Assembly: GCA_903893485.1 (NCBI GenBank)
Contig: CAITMK010000008.1
Span: 10,612-74,611, forward strand
DNA: 64,000 bases
DNA from: Candidatus Magasanikiibacteriota bacterium
Lineage (GTDB): Bacteria; Patescibacteriota; Patescibacteriia; Magasanikbacterales; 2-02-FULL-50-9b
Direction: 5' to 3'
The translations under genes were made by a program, and so were the position numbers. The notes beneath the pieces were generated by a model. That model did not search any database, was not told where the DNA came from, and saw only the letters and a program-made list of their open reading frames with translations. This document shows, one piece after another, positions 1 to 8,737 of the stretch (its first letter is position 1; each line of letters begins with the position of its first letter).

Positions 1-242
1 AAGATCTGCGCCGGAGTCATGGTGTTCACGTTGGCCGAAAGGTCCGTGGCAATCGCGGCAATCCGCTGCACCACATAACCATCTTCGGCACGATGATCAA
101 ACACCACGTGGTGAGGACTTCCCACCACGTATTGAGGTGCAGCCCACACCGCCACAAATGTAGCGGCAAAAGCGCACAGTACCATTTTGATCCAGAGCGG
201 CACACGCTGCTTTGGCTCCCTTCTGTCTTCAAACCGGTGCAT
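1..242 (-). CDS. Hypothetical membrane-anchored protein, 5' part only (runs off window edge; not in ORF track)
   Basis: AAGGAGGT SD before ATG at 242; open frame MHRFEDRREPKQRVPLWIKMVLCAFAATFVAVWAAPQ... with a TM-like segment; promoter TTGACT(308-303)-17-TACCAT(285-280). Confidence 0.7.
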   Translation of the reverse strand, partial: MHRFEDRREPKQRVPLWIKMVLCAFAATFVAVWAAPQYVVGSPHHVVFDHRAEDGYVVQRIAAIATDLSANVNTMTPAQI

Positions 243-357
243 GACGCACCTCCTTCACCCCGATATTGCGGCTTGGCCGATGGTAGCACAAAAAACTCAC
301 TTAGTCAACCATTCGAGCCAAAAATAAAATACCAACTAACGTTGAGACCTGATTCAA

Positions 358-1740
358 TTACAACCCTAATACTCGCATAAAAGCGGCATGTAGCTTTTGA
401 TTTTCTTCGCCTTCTGTAATCGTATTTACAAATTGTCGAGCACCCAAAACGTCGGCATGGATCATATCCTCAATATCCTGAAAACGTTTTTTTAAAAATT
501 CTGCTGAATAAGATCGCTGGGAGCCGTGAATCGTTTGGGCTGCATCCAGCGCATCAAATAATTCTTGTTTCGTTTGTACTTCACCAAATACCACAAGACG
601 CGAGGCACCTTTTACATTTAATTCAGTAAGTTGCTCAATTGGTACCCGAGCTTTTTTTAATTCCCCATGCACAATCTTTTGTACCAAAACTCTTTCATCT
701 GCATCCACAGCTTCCATAATGCGCCAATTTATATTCGTACCGTGATGACCCGGCAACTGAATAGTTACAAAATCCCCTATTGCATATACTGGTTCACGCT
801 TTTTCTTTTCAACAACCACTACTGAAATATTATCACCGCCATTCAGTGGTTCCATCATCACAAATCTCTGTTCATCAAAGAGAATTCTAAATTGCGTAGA
901 TGCATTATTACGTGCGTATGCTAATTTAAAAATTTTTTCTTGTAATTCATTTCCATGAAATCTCGCTGCAAGCATTTCAATTTCATATTCAGATACAACA
1001 TCCCATACCCCATCAGATGCTAACACAATTTGATCACCAGGCTGAGAGACAAAAGATTTTTTTTCGGGTGCACTATCCTTAGCACCAAATGCTCCCGTAA
1101 CTACATTATTAAATGGATGACTATAATATTCCCACGGCTTCACCAAGCCAAGTTCAATAAGCTGTTGCACTTTATTTTGCATGCGGGTCGTTCCATCTGG
1201 AAATTTTTTACCACCTCGAACAGTCATCGCCTTACTATCACCCGCAGAAAGAAGTGTTGCAGAATCACTATTCATTTCGAGCATAACACCCGTTGCATAC
1301 GATCCGGGTGCGTGCGACTGAATTGACTGAGTTACATTATCTGCATCAGCATCCAAATTAGGTGTAACCTGACGACCACCTTCCATAAATAATGCGTTTG
1401 CAATCACACTAGCTGTTCGCCCATCCTCGCTACCACCGGCACCATCAATCACGCCAACACGTAACCGATTACCGTTTGTTTGAAGTAGGATTGTATCCTC
1501 ATTTACATCCTTGTACTTCGACCCAGGGCCACCAGCGCTGGTATATGCACTAACTACCGCCCCCGGCACTTCAACAGATTTCCATTCCATTTCTGTGTGT
1601 GAACCGGACATCGTTGCTGAAGTGTATTCACCATACACCAACATATCTTCCTTGCGTGCATCGCGACGATGTGGTCGAGATTTTGAAAAAAAGTGCTCCA
1701 CGTAGCTATTTAAAACTTCGAAATATTGTCGCTCGCTCAT
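358..1740 (-). CDS. PP2C/SpoIIE-type Ser/Thr phosphatase with C-terminal accessory domains
   Basis: Motifs NED, VIDGAGG, AGDS, LASDGVWD, GDNISVVVV. Confidence 0.85.
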   Translation of the reverse strand: MSERQYFEVLNSYVEHFFSKSRPHRRDARKEDMLVYGEYTSATMSGSHTEMEWKSVEVPGAVVSAYTSAGGPGSKYKDVNEDTILLQTNGNRLRVGVIDGAGGSEDGRTASVIANALFMEGGRQVTPNLDADADNVTQSIQSHAPGSYATGVMLEMNSDSATLLSAGDSKAMTVRGGKKFPDGTTRMQNKVQQLIELGLVKPWEYYSHPFNNVVTGAFGAKDSAPEKKSFVSQPGDQIVLASDGVWDVVSEYEIEMLAARFHGNELQEKIFKLAYARNNASTQFRILFDEQRFVMMEPLNGGDNISVVVVEKKKREPVYAIGDFVTIQLPGHHGTNINWRIMEAVDADERVLVQKIVHGELKKARVPIEQLTELNVKGASRLVVFGEVQTKQELFDALDAAQTIHGSQRSYSAEFLKKRFQDIEDMIHADVLGARQFVNTITEGEENQKLHAAFMRVLGL

Positions 1741-2711
1741 AGATTATTATTATACCATTGAATCCACATCGCGCGCGCCAAATCATCCCACTCCAAGAAA
1801 CGATCTACGCGTGTACTGCCTTTTAAATAATGTTCTTCCTCAACCCAAAAAGATTTGGTGCGATAAATTACAAATTCCAAAACCCCGGCACGAAATTCTT
1901 CGTCGCTCATGGGCCGCACGGCGCGATATGCTGCCAAAAAATCCCACGCGCGCGCCCATTTTTCTGGCGCGGTACCATAATCAAAACAGGTAATCGTCAT
2001 GGTGCGCACCACATCAAAAGCGGCGGGTTCAAATTGCGTTAGCTCAAAATCAAAGACTGCTTTTACCGCGCCCGCGTCATCAAAAAAAACATTGCCTGCG
2101 TGCAAATCATAGTGCACTAAAATGTTTTGCAATAGTGGCGACGATGCAAATGGCCAATGCGCTAATAAGTCACGTTTGCTTTTTGCAATGCGCAATGCCG
2201 CGCGATTAAATTCCGTTGGATTCGCTGCGCAATCTGCCTCAATAATTACAATCATTTTATCTGCATACGAAATTGCATCTGCAAAATTTACACGCGCAAA
2301 TTTTTTTTCAATGTGGCCCGGCACCGCAACCTCGCCCGCCAAATGTACGCGTGCTAACATTTGCGCAAGCGCGCGCAATTCCGCTGCGCTACAATGTTGA
2401 TCTGGAAATGTGCGGCCCGTAATAAACGGAAACAACGCGTAAAATTTTCCGTCAAATTCCGTAAATGTTTCACCACGTGAATTAACGATTGGCAACACCG
2501 CGGGAATCCCCGCGGCCGCAAAAAAGTTTTTACTTTTATGAATGTCGCTGACCCGTGCCGCATCAAGCGCGGAACGATATTGTTTCAAAAAAAATGTACC
2601 CTGCGCCGCAACAACTCTATAATTTTCACTCAAAAATCCGTGAGTAATTAACTCCACACTCGCCACTTCAATATTATACAGTGCAACAATTGCCTGAATT
2701 CGATCTTTCAT
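1737..2711 (-). CDS. APH/homoserine kinase type II-like phosphotransferase
   Basis: FFLKQY, HYDLHAGNV (catalytic loop), VFDFE; ATGA overlap with the PP2C gene. Confidence 0.85.
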   Translation of the reverse strand: MKDRIQAIVALYNIEVASVELITHGFLSENYRVVAAQGTFFLKQYRSALDAARVSDIHKSKNFFAAAGIPAVLPIVNSRGETFTEFDGKFYALFPFITGRTFPDQHCSAAELRALAQMLARVHLAGEVAVPGHIEKKFARVNFADAISYADKMIVIIEADCAANPTEFNRAALRIAKSKRDLLAHWPFASSPLLQNILVHYDLHAGNVFFDDAGAVKAVFDFELTQFEPAAFDVVRTMTITCFDYGTAPEKWARAWDFLAAYRAVRPMSDEEFRAGVLEFVIYRTKSFWVEEEHYLKGSTRVDRFLEWDDLARAMWIQWYNNNL

Positions 2712-2750
2712 TCCTTAATTTAGCCACAAAAAATGATATACTGCAAGCCT

Positions 2751-2936
2751 ATGGCCGCAATCTCACATGGGCTTGGGGCGATTCGCGCATATTTTTTCCA
2801 AATTGGATCACACTTGTTTTACTTTATATTACTTGGTTTTTTTGGCGCCGTACTTCCAAACTTCACACAACAAAAAATCTTGACAAATAATGCACGCTGT
2901 GATATCTTTTCAAGTCCATCATGCCAGCGCACATAG
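2751..2936 (+). CDS. Possible small hydrophobic protein or truncated gene
   Basis: TATACT 8 nt before ATG (native gene pattern); hydrophobic stretch LFYFILLGFFGAVL; frame runs through the next promoter. Confidence 0.3.
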   Translation: MAAISHGLGAIRAYFFQIGSHLFYFILLGFFGAVLPNFTQQKILTNNARCDIFSSPSCQRT

Positions 2937-2971
2937 GGTGCAAAGGCAGTCCCGATGGACCGGAGGAACCC

Positions 2972-4429
2972 ATGAATGTCACTATTCAGTATTCAGGCGA
3001 TCGCGCCAAAACACGGGGAGTCCATGCGCTCTTTGTGGAACTTTTGAAAAAAGCGGGGCTGCAATCGGCCGACGCAAAATTGACGGTCACCGCAGGTGCC
3101 AAAGGTAGCTCTGAAAAACACGGTATCGCAGGCATCAGCATCGTTTCGCACGAAATCAAGACAACGCTCAAGCTCTGCTTCCAGCCGGAAGGACCCAGTA
3201 GCGCCCGCTACGGCTTTCTGAGCGTGAAAGGCGTCACGAAAAACGACCTGCAAGCGAAGCTTGAAGCGGCCATTGCGTTGGCCGGCGAAGGCACGCCACA
3301 CAAAGCGCGCAAGCGGAAAACACCGGAAGCGGTGGTTGCCATCTTGATCGCTGAGTTCAACAAATCCGGTCGTGAGCATTGGGAAGCGGCGTTCGATCTG
3401 ATCGAAGCGGCTGCCCAAGTCATGACGATCGTTGTCGGGCTGGGGCAATACCGCCACGAAGTTCGGCACGGCGATTTTCACGACTTGCTGGATGACGCGA
3501 CGGAAGTGTGTAGCTTCTTTCAAGTGCTGCACAGCGTCGGGCTCGCCGACAACGTGGATTGCGGCGAGGGCGTGAACGGCGAAAAGCCCATGCGCATCGA
3601 TCTCGACTTCTACCATGAGGTGGCGGCCGAGTTTGCAAAGCGCAAGGCCGCCGATCAGCCGAAGCCCGATGACAATCCGGCACCGACTAACACTGCACCG
3701 CCCGAGGAACCTACGCCTACGATCAGCTACGTTGCGTTCTTGTACAGGCTTTTCCAGGTTGAGCGGTTCCAGGACATGACCACTGCAGAAGTTTGGCGCG
3801 ATCACGGCACGCAACTCGGCGCCGTAAACGGCACAAACGTCCGCAATCACTTCAAAAGTGGCGTCCAAAACGGCTTGTTGATACCGACCGGCGAAGAAAG
3901 GCAGATTCCTCCACAAAACAAGAACTGCACGGTTCGCAAGTTCAATCCGGCATCCGAAATGGTGCAAGGCTGGGCGCGCGAACTGGGCGTGGAGATTCCG
4001 AAGGTGGCTGTGTTGCCGCCCAAGGAAGAACTGCCGGCGCAGGACAAGCCCATCCGCGAGCGAATTGTTGTGCTGGAACTGAGAAAGGAACGGCACTTGG
4101 CCGATGTCCATAACCTCGATGCCGAAGTGCAGAGCCTGACTCAGGCAATCCAGAACATCGAAGCCGCCAAGCAGGAGGCGCTGGCGGAATTCGCACGGCA
4201 AACGACAGAGCGCGAAGAGATGATCCGCCTTCGCATGAGTTTGCGCGCGCCGCTGCTGGAAGAGATTCCGAAGCTGCAAACGCAGATCAGTGCGTTGCAA
4301 GCGCAGGACGAGTCGGCTATCTTCGCCGCCTTGGAGGAAACCGCTCGCCGCCTCGGCATCCCGGTTGACCAGCTTCTCGCCGCCGGCATGAAACGCGTCG
4401 CCCCCGCCGCCCAAGTCCCCGCTGGCTAG
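2972..4429 (+). CDS. Hypothetical protein with C-terminal coiled coil (GC-rich unit)
   Basis: GGAGG SD before ATG 2972; promoter TTGACA 2880-2885/TATCTT 2903-2908; heptad-rich C-terminus. Confidence 0.85.
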   Translation: MNVTIQYSGDRAKTRGVHALFVELLKKAGLQSADAKLTVTAGAKGSSEKHGIAGISIVSHEIKTTLKLCFQPEGPSSARYGFLSVKGVTKNDLQAKLEAAIALAGEGTPHKARKRKTPEAVVAILIAEFNKSGREHWEAAFDLIEAAAQVMTIVVGLGQYRHEVRHGDFHDLLDDATEVCSFFQVLHSVGLADNVDCGEGVNGEKPMRIDLDFYHEVAAEFAKRKAADQPKPDDNPAPTNTAPPEEPTPTISYVAFLYRLFQVERFQDMTTAEVWRDHGTQLGAVNGTNVRNHFKSGVQNGLLIPTGEERQIPPQNKNCTVRKFNPASEMVQGWARELGVEIPKVAVLPPKEELPAQDKPIRERIVVLELRKERHLADVHNLDAEVQSLTQAIQNIEAAKQEALAEFARQTTEREEMIRLRMSLRAPLLEEIPKLQTQISALQAQDESAIFAALEETARRLGIPVDQLLAAGMKRVAPAAQVPAG

Positions 4430-4439
4430 CAACCGCCAC

Positions 4440-4505
4440 CAGCAAACGCACCGGAATTCAGAGACCGTACTTCATCTCTGGGTTCCGCGTGCGGTTTTTA
4501 TTTTT
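4440..4505 (+). terminator. Long bulged hairpin + T tract (copy A)
   Basis: CGCAC-CGGAA...TTCCG-C-GTGCG then GTTTTTATTTTT; homologous to 5945-6015. Confidence 0.8.
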
Positions 4506-4602
4506 GCCAGACGATCGCCCTTCGCCATCTTGACATGAATGCTTGTCAGGCTTAAGCTTATACGCGGCAACACGACTTATTTTGAGTCACGGAGGTGAAG
4601 CC

Positions 4603-5928
4603 ATGCAACTTTCAAAACCAACAACATCTTTGCTCCCCCGCATCGAAAAAATGCTTACAGGCGACCGCACCATTGCAGTCGTTGGCGCGCAGTTTGGCGA
4701 TGAGGGCAAGGGCAAAATCGTCGAATTGCTTGCGCTCTGGGCAGACATCATCGTTCGTTTCAACGGCGGCAACAACGCGGGCCACACCATTTACGTGGAC
4801 AACAAGCCCGAAGTTTTGCACCTACTGCCATGCGCCATCTTCCAACGTGGCAAAATCTGCGTCGTTGGACAAGGCGTGGTCGTTGATCTGGAAGTCCTGA
4901 AAAAGGAACTCGGCCTAGCAAAAGGCCGTGGATCGATCATCCGCATTGATCGGCGAGCACCGGTGATTCTCCCCATCTACAAGCAAATTGATGGTTTGCG
5001 TGAAGCGGCCAATTCGAAAAAGCTGGGAACAACCGGGCGCGGCATCGGGCCGGCCTATGAAGCGCACGCCAGTCGGTATGCGCTGCGCATGGGTGATCTC
5101 ACGAGCGCCTCCCGCATTCGCGAGGCGCTAAATCGTGGCGGCAACTATTATGCGCAATTGTGCGCGGCTGCCAAAAGTCTCGGTGGCACGCCGCAAACAG
5201 AAGATGACCTGGTCAAAGAGCTTCTCGGTTATTCGCGTATGGTCAAAAATCTACTGTACGACACCGTGGAAATCGTGCGCAAAGCATTGGGTACCAAAAA
5301 AATCATGTTTGAGGGCGCGCAAGCCGCACTCCTAGACGTGAATCAAGGTACCACGCCGTTTGTGACATCCAGCTCATGCACCATCGCCGGTATTTACAGC
5401 ACCTTTGGGCAGCTGCCCATTGATCGGGTGTTCGGCGTGGCCAAGGCTTATGTCACTCGCGTTGGCGAGGGCCCATTCCCCTCAAAAATCGTGGGTGAAA
5501 TGGCCCATGCCCTGCGCGAAGCTGGCAACGAGTACGGCTCCACCACCAAACGTCCGCGCGACGTCGGTTGGATGGACCTGTTTGCACTGCGCTATGCGGT
5601 ACAGATGGGCGGCATCACGGACATCTGCCTCACCAAGGCGGACGTGTTGAATCTGTGGTCTCAGCTGCAAGTGTGCACCAAATACATGCACGGCAAGAAT
5701 GTGGCGAAAGAACATCGCCTCATGACCGCCGAGTATGTGAAAGAATGCACGCCAGTGTTCGAAGAAGTTGAAGGTTGGCACGGTGCAAACCTCACCGGCA
5801 TCAAACTCTTCGGGGATCTGCCGCCCGCGCTGCAACAGTACATCCGCGACATCGCTGCGTTCCTGGGTGTGCCAGTCAGTATGATCGGTATTGGCCCGTG
5901 TCACGACGACATCATCTTCCACGGCTAG
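4603..5928 (+). CDS. purA: Adenylosuccinate synthetase
   Basis: GAQFGDEGKG, RFNGGNNAGHT, GTTGRGIGPAY, FEGAQ, KAYVTRVGEGPFP, EYGSTTKRPR; GGAGGTG SD. Confidence 0.96.
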   Translation: MQLSKPTTSLLPRIEKMLTGDRTIAVVGAQFGDEGKGKIVELLALWADIIVRFNGGNNAGHTIYVDNKPEVLHLLPCAIFQRGKICVVGQGVVVDLEVLKKELGLAKGRGSIIRIDRRAPVILPIYKQIDGLREAANSKKLGTTGRGIGPAYEAHASRYALRMGDLTSASRIREALNRGGNYYAQLCAAAKSLGGTPQTEDDLVKELLGYSRMVKNLLYDTVEIVRKALGTKKIMFEGAQAALLDVNQGTTPFVTSSSCTIAGIYSTFGQLPIDRVFGVAKAYVTRVGEGPFPSKIVGEMAHALREAGNEYGSTTKRPRDVGWMDLFALRYAVQMGGITDICLTKADVLNLWSQLQVCTKYMHGKNVAKEHRLMTAEYVKECTPVFEEVEGWHGANLTGIKLFGDLPPALQQYIRDIAAFLGVPVSMIGIGPCHDDIIFHG

Positions 5929-5944
5929 GCCAACTGCCGCGTCC

Positions 5945-6015
5945 CAGCAATCGCACCGGAATCCTCCAGACCGAACTCTCGTCTGTTGCAGGAATCCGCG
6001 TGCGATTTTTTATTT
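5945..6015 (+). terminator. Long bulged hairpin + T tract (copy B)
   Basis: AATCGCAC-CGGA...TCCG-C-GTGCGATT then TTTTATTT; homologous to 4440-4505. Confidence 0.8.
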
Positions 6016-6069
6016 ACATCTTGTTATTTTTAAAAATTCGCGCTACTGTATATAAGCAATTTTGCGCAT

Positions 6070-6717
6070 ATGAATTTTCTGATAACCATTTATCACGGCA
6101 TCATAAATAACTGGGTAACCGCGTTGGCAACACCCCATTTTATTTTAAAATTAATTGCCGCAACCGCGCTTTTTTGCGTAGCACTTTTTACCGAAGTAAT
6201 CGGCGGCGCGTATACCAAAAAAAATACCACCGCACCCTCATTGCCAGATTTAATTTTAGATCGCATTCCCGTACTTAATTTAAATTTTTTATACGTCGAA
6301 ACCATGGGCGCGCTCATGACCATTTTCGGTTTATATCAATTGGCTCATGCAAAAACAGCACCGTTTGTTTTAGCGACCTTATCACTTTTTTCATTAATTC
6401 GCCGCGTGTTTTTAATTCTCACACCGCTGGGCGCACCAAAAGCAATGCCAGCAATTTTTGGATTTAAATCACATCGCACCATTGCGCACAAATTATTTCA
6501 AGGTCACGGCGACTTTTTCTTTTCCGGTCACACTGGCTTGCCATTTTTATTTTTCTTACTCACCCCATGGCCACCGCTTGCGCTGGTTTTTTTAATCGCT
6601 TCAATTGTCATGGGCGTGGCGGTACTTTTTATGCACGTACATTATTCTATCGATGTACTCGCTGCTCCATTTATCGTATACGCAATTTACGCGCTTTCGC
6701 ACGCAGTGTTTACCTAA
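6070..6717 (+). CDS. PAP2/sphingomyelin-synthase-like membrane protein
   Basis: LPDLILD, DFFFSGHT, HYSIDV motifs; multiple TM helices. Confidence 0.8.
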   Translation: MNFLITIYHGIINNWVTALATPHFILKLIAATALFCVALFTEVIGGAYTKKNTTAPSLPDLILDRIPVLNLNFLYVETMGALMTIFGLYQLAHAKTAPFVLATLSLFSLIRRVFLILTPLGAPKAMPAIFGFKSHRTIAHKLFQGHGDFFFSGHTGLPFLFFLLTPWPPLALVFLIASIVMGVAVLFMHVHYSIDVLAAPFIVYAIYALSHAVFT

Positions 6718-7447
6718 TATATTTTTCCTGTTTTTTGGTAAATGGACGTTTTAAAAATACGGTCCACAAATAATTTGCGCCGTACCGAAGCCCCATGGTT
6801 ACAATTCCCTCGCGCGCAAGGCGACGATTGGATGCGTAAATTGGCAGCGCAAAAGTAAACTTCACCGCACCAAGTGGGTGTAAGCGGCGTGCCATGGCTG
6901 CGTCTTCACCATAAAAATCATACGCAACATCAAAGCCGTCAATTTTTTCGAGCGCGCTACGGCGAATAACATAATTACCACCCTGCAACATTGATGCTTT
7001 ATTTAACAAAAAGCGATTGACCAAATACATGCAGTAACCAACGCTGTAAAAAAATCGAACCATGGCGTTGTATAAAATTGACGTGCCGATAAAAAGAAAT
7101 GGCCCGCTCAGCCCAACCAAATTTTGATCTTTGGTAAACTCTATTAAAACTGTTTCGATCCAATCTGATGGCAATTCGGTGTCGGAATCTACATTCGCAA
7201 TTAAATCGCCCGTGCTCGCCAAAAATCCAGCCTGGCGCGCACGCGAAATGCCTTTTTTTGGTTCATCCACTACACGAACGCCTGGATAGGAAAGCGCGAT
7301 TTCGCGGGTGCGATCGGTGCTTGCATTGTTCACCACAATAACTTCAGCGTCGTATTTTTTTTGATTAATGGCCGCAAAGACAGAATCAAGGCATTTTCCG
7401 AGGTAATTTTCCTCATTATATGCCGGGATGACGAAGCTGATTTTCAT
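6710..7447 (-). CDS. Glycosyltransferase family 2
   Basis: ISFVIPAYNEE, VVNNASTDRT, DSD motif, GED. Confidence 0.92.
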   Translation of the reverse strand: MKISFVIPAYNEENYLGKCLDSVFAAINQKKYDAEVIVVNNASTDRTREIALSYPGVRVVDEPKKGISRARQAGFLASTGDLIANVDSDTELPSDWIETVLIEFTKDQNLVGLSGPFLFIGTSILYNAMVRFFYSVGYCMYLVNRFLLNKASMLQGGNYVIRRSALEKIDGFDVAYDFYGEDAAMARRLHPLGAVKFTFALPIYASNRRLAREGIVTMGLRYGANYLWTVFLKRPFTKKQEKYIR

Positions 7448-7524
7448 AAAATATGTTGCATGTATTATACGCTTCTCGAGACCACTTTGGTGCTAAATGT
7501 CAAGCCTTGATATAATCGAGCCAT

Positions 7525-8061
7525 ATGGCTGATACACAAATCGCAGTCTTTGGCGGCGGATGCTTTTGGTGCACTGAAGCTTTTTTTAAAATGCTCCGCG
7601 GCGTTGTTTCGATTGCACCAGGTTATGCGGGCGGCACTACGCAAAATCCAACCTACGAAGAGGTTTGCACCGGCGAAACCGGCCACGTTGAAGTGATACA
7701 AATTATTTTTGACCCCGCGCAAATCACTTTTGAAAACTTATTAGATGTTTTTTTTGCAACACACGACCCAACAACAATAAACCGCCAAGGTAACGATGTG
7801 GGTACACAATATCGATCAATAATTTTTTATACCTCCCCCGCGCAACAAGTTGCTGCAGAAAAATATATTGCAGATGCAAATGCATCAAGCGCTGCAGGCC
7901 GCTCAATTATTACAGCAGTCGAGCCGCTCACCAAATTTTGGGAAGCAGAAAATTACCATCACGATTATTTTGCGCGCAATAAAGATAAACCGTATTGCCA
8001 AGTCGTAATCAATCCAAAATTACAAAAAGCAAAAGAAAATTTTGGAAAATTACTAAGATAA
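7525..8061 (+). CDS. msrA: Peptide-methionine (S)-S-oxide reductase
   Basis: GGGCFWC, TYEEVC, GHVEV, HDPT, GTQYRS, AENYH. Confidence 0.96.
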   Translation: MADTQIAVFGGGCFWCTEAFFKMLRGVVSIAPGYAGGTTQNPTYEEVCTGETGHVEVIQIIFDPAQITFENLLDVFFATHDPTTINRQGNDVGTQYRSIIFYTSPAQQVAAEKYIADANASSAAGRSIITAVEPLTKFWEAENYHHDYFARNKDKPYCQVVINPKLQKAKENFGKLLR

Positions 8062-8062
8062 T

Positions 8063-8593
8063 ATGATTGACGAAGTATACGATATTTTCAACGACGCCTG
8101 GGAAAAAATTGGTATGGCAACATGGACCGAAGTGCACGCGCGTGGCCTATTGCATGAAAATGCAACTATTATGATTTTTAAAGACGTCACTAAAAATGAA
8201 TTTTTGGTGCAGCATCGTGGCAGCGGCATGGCACATGATCCAGGAAAATTAACCAACAGCGCTGGTGGCCATTTACTCGCGGGTATGTCGGCTGACGAAG
8301 GTGCGCGCAAAGAACTCCAAGAAGAATTATTTGCAGGCCATGAACTACCAAATATTTCACTCACCAAAATCAAAACTTTTTTAAATGAAGACTTCCCAGG
8401 CAACCGCGAAATTTTAAATGTGTACGAAGGCGTATATCCTGGCCCGTTTTATTTCGAGGAAAAAGAATTAGAGCATCCGCCCGAATGGATGTTGTGGGAT
8501 GATTTGATCACAGACTTGCGTGCACAGCCAGAAAAATATACGCAGGTACTAAAAAATATTTTGAAAGAAGCCTATCATATTTCTCTAAACTAA
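8063..8593 (+). CDS. NUDIX hydrolase (IDI-like)
   Basis: VHARGLLH, PGKLTNSAGGH...GARKELQEE Nudix-like box. Confidence 0.8.
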   Translation: MIDEVYDIFNDAWEKIGMATWTEVHARGLLHENATIMIFKDVTKNEFLVQHRGSGMAHDPGKLTNSAGGHLLAGMSADEGARKELQEELFAGHELPNISLTKIKTFLNEDFPGNREILNVYEGVYPGPFYFEEKELEHPPEWMLWDDLITDLRAQPEKYTQVLKNILKEAYHISLN

Positions 8594-8729
8594 AAGGACC
8601 TACTTTGAGCAGCATCTCGGAGGCGAGCCAGCCGGTTTTTGCCGAAGGCAAAATGGCTCGCCGAGAGCGAGTACCAATTTGGCGCTGGCCAAATTGAGTA
8701 CGTCTGCGAAAAGTAGGTCCTTTTAGTTT
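8587..8729. repeat. 143-bp structured element with 20-bp perfect terminal inverted repeat (MITE/REP-like or bidirectional terminator)
   Basis: AAACTAAAAGGACCTACTTT...AAAGTAGGTCCTTTTAGTTT enclosing two internal hairpins, between convergent genes. Confidence 0.75.
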
Positions 8730-8737
8730 TGGGGAGT

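Noticed and set aside
2993-4432. 479-aa antisense ORF
   Set aside because: Shadow of a GC3-rich gene; SD, promoter and terminator all support the + strand ORF.
4603-5928. PurZ (2-aminoadenine DNA pathway)
   Set aside because: It has the PurA catalytic Asp (GDEGKG) rather than the Ser of PurZ, and no dATPase/MazZ neighbours.
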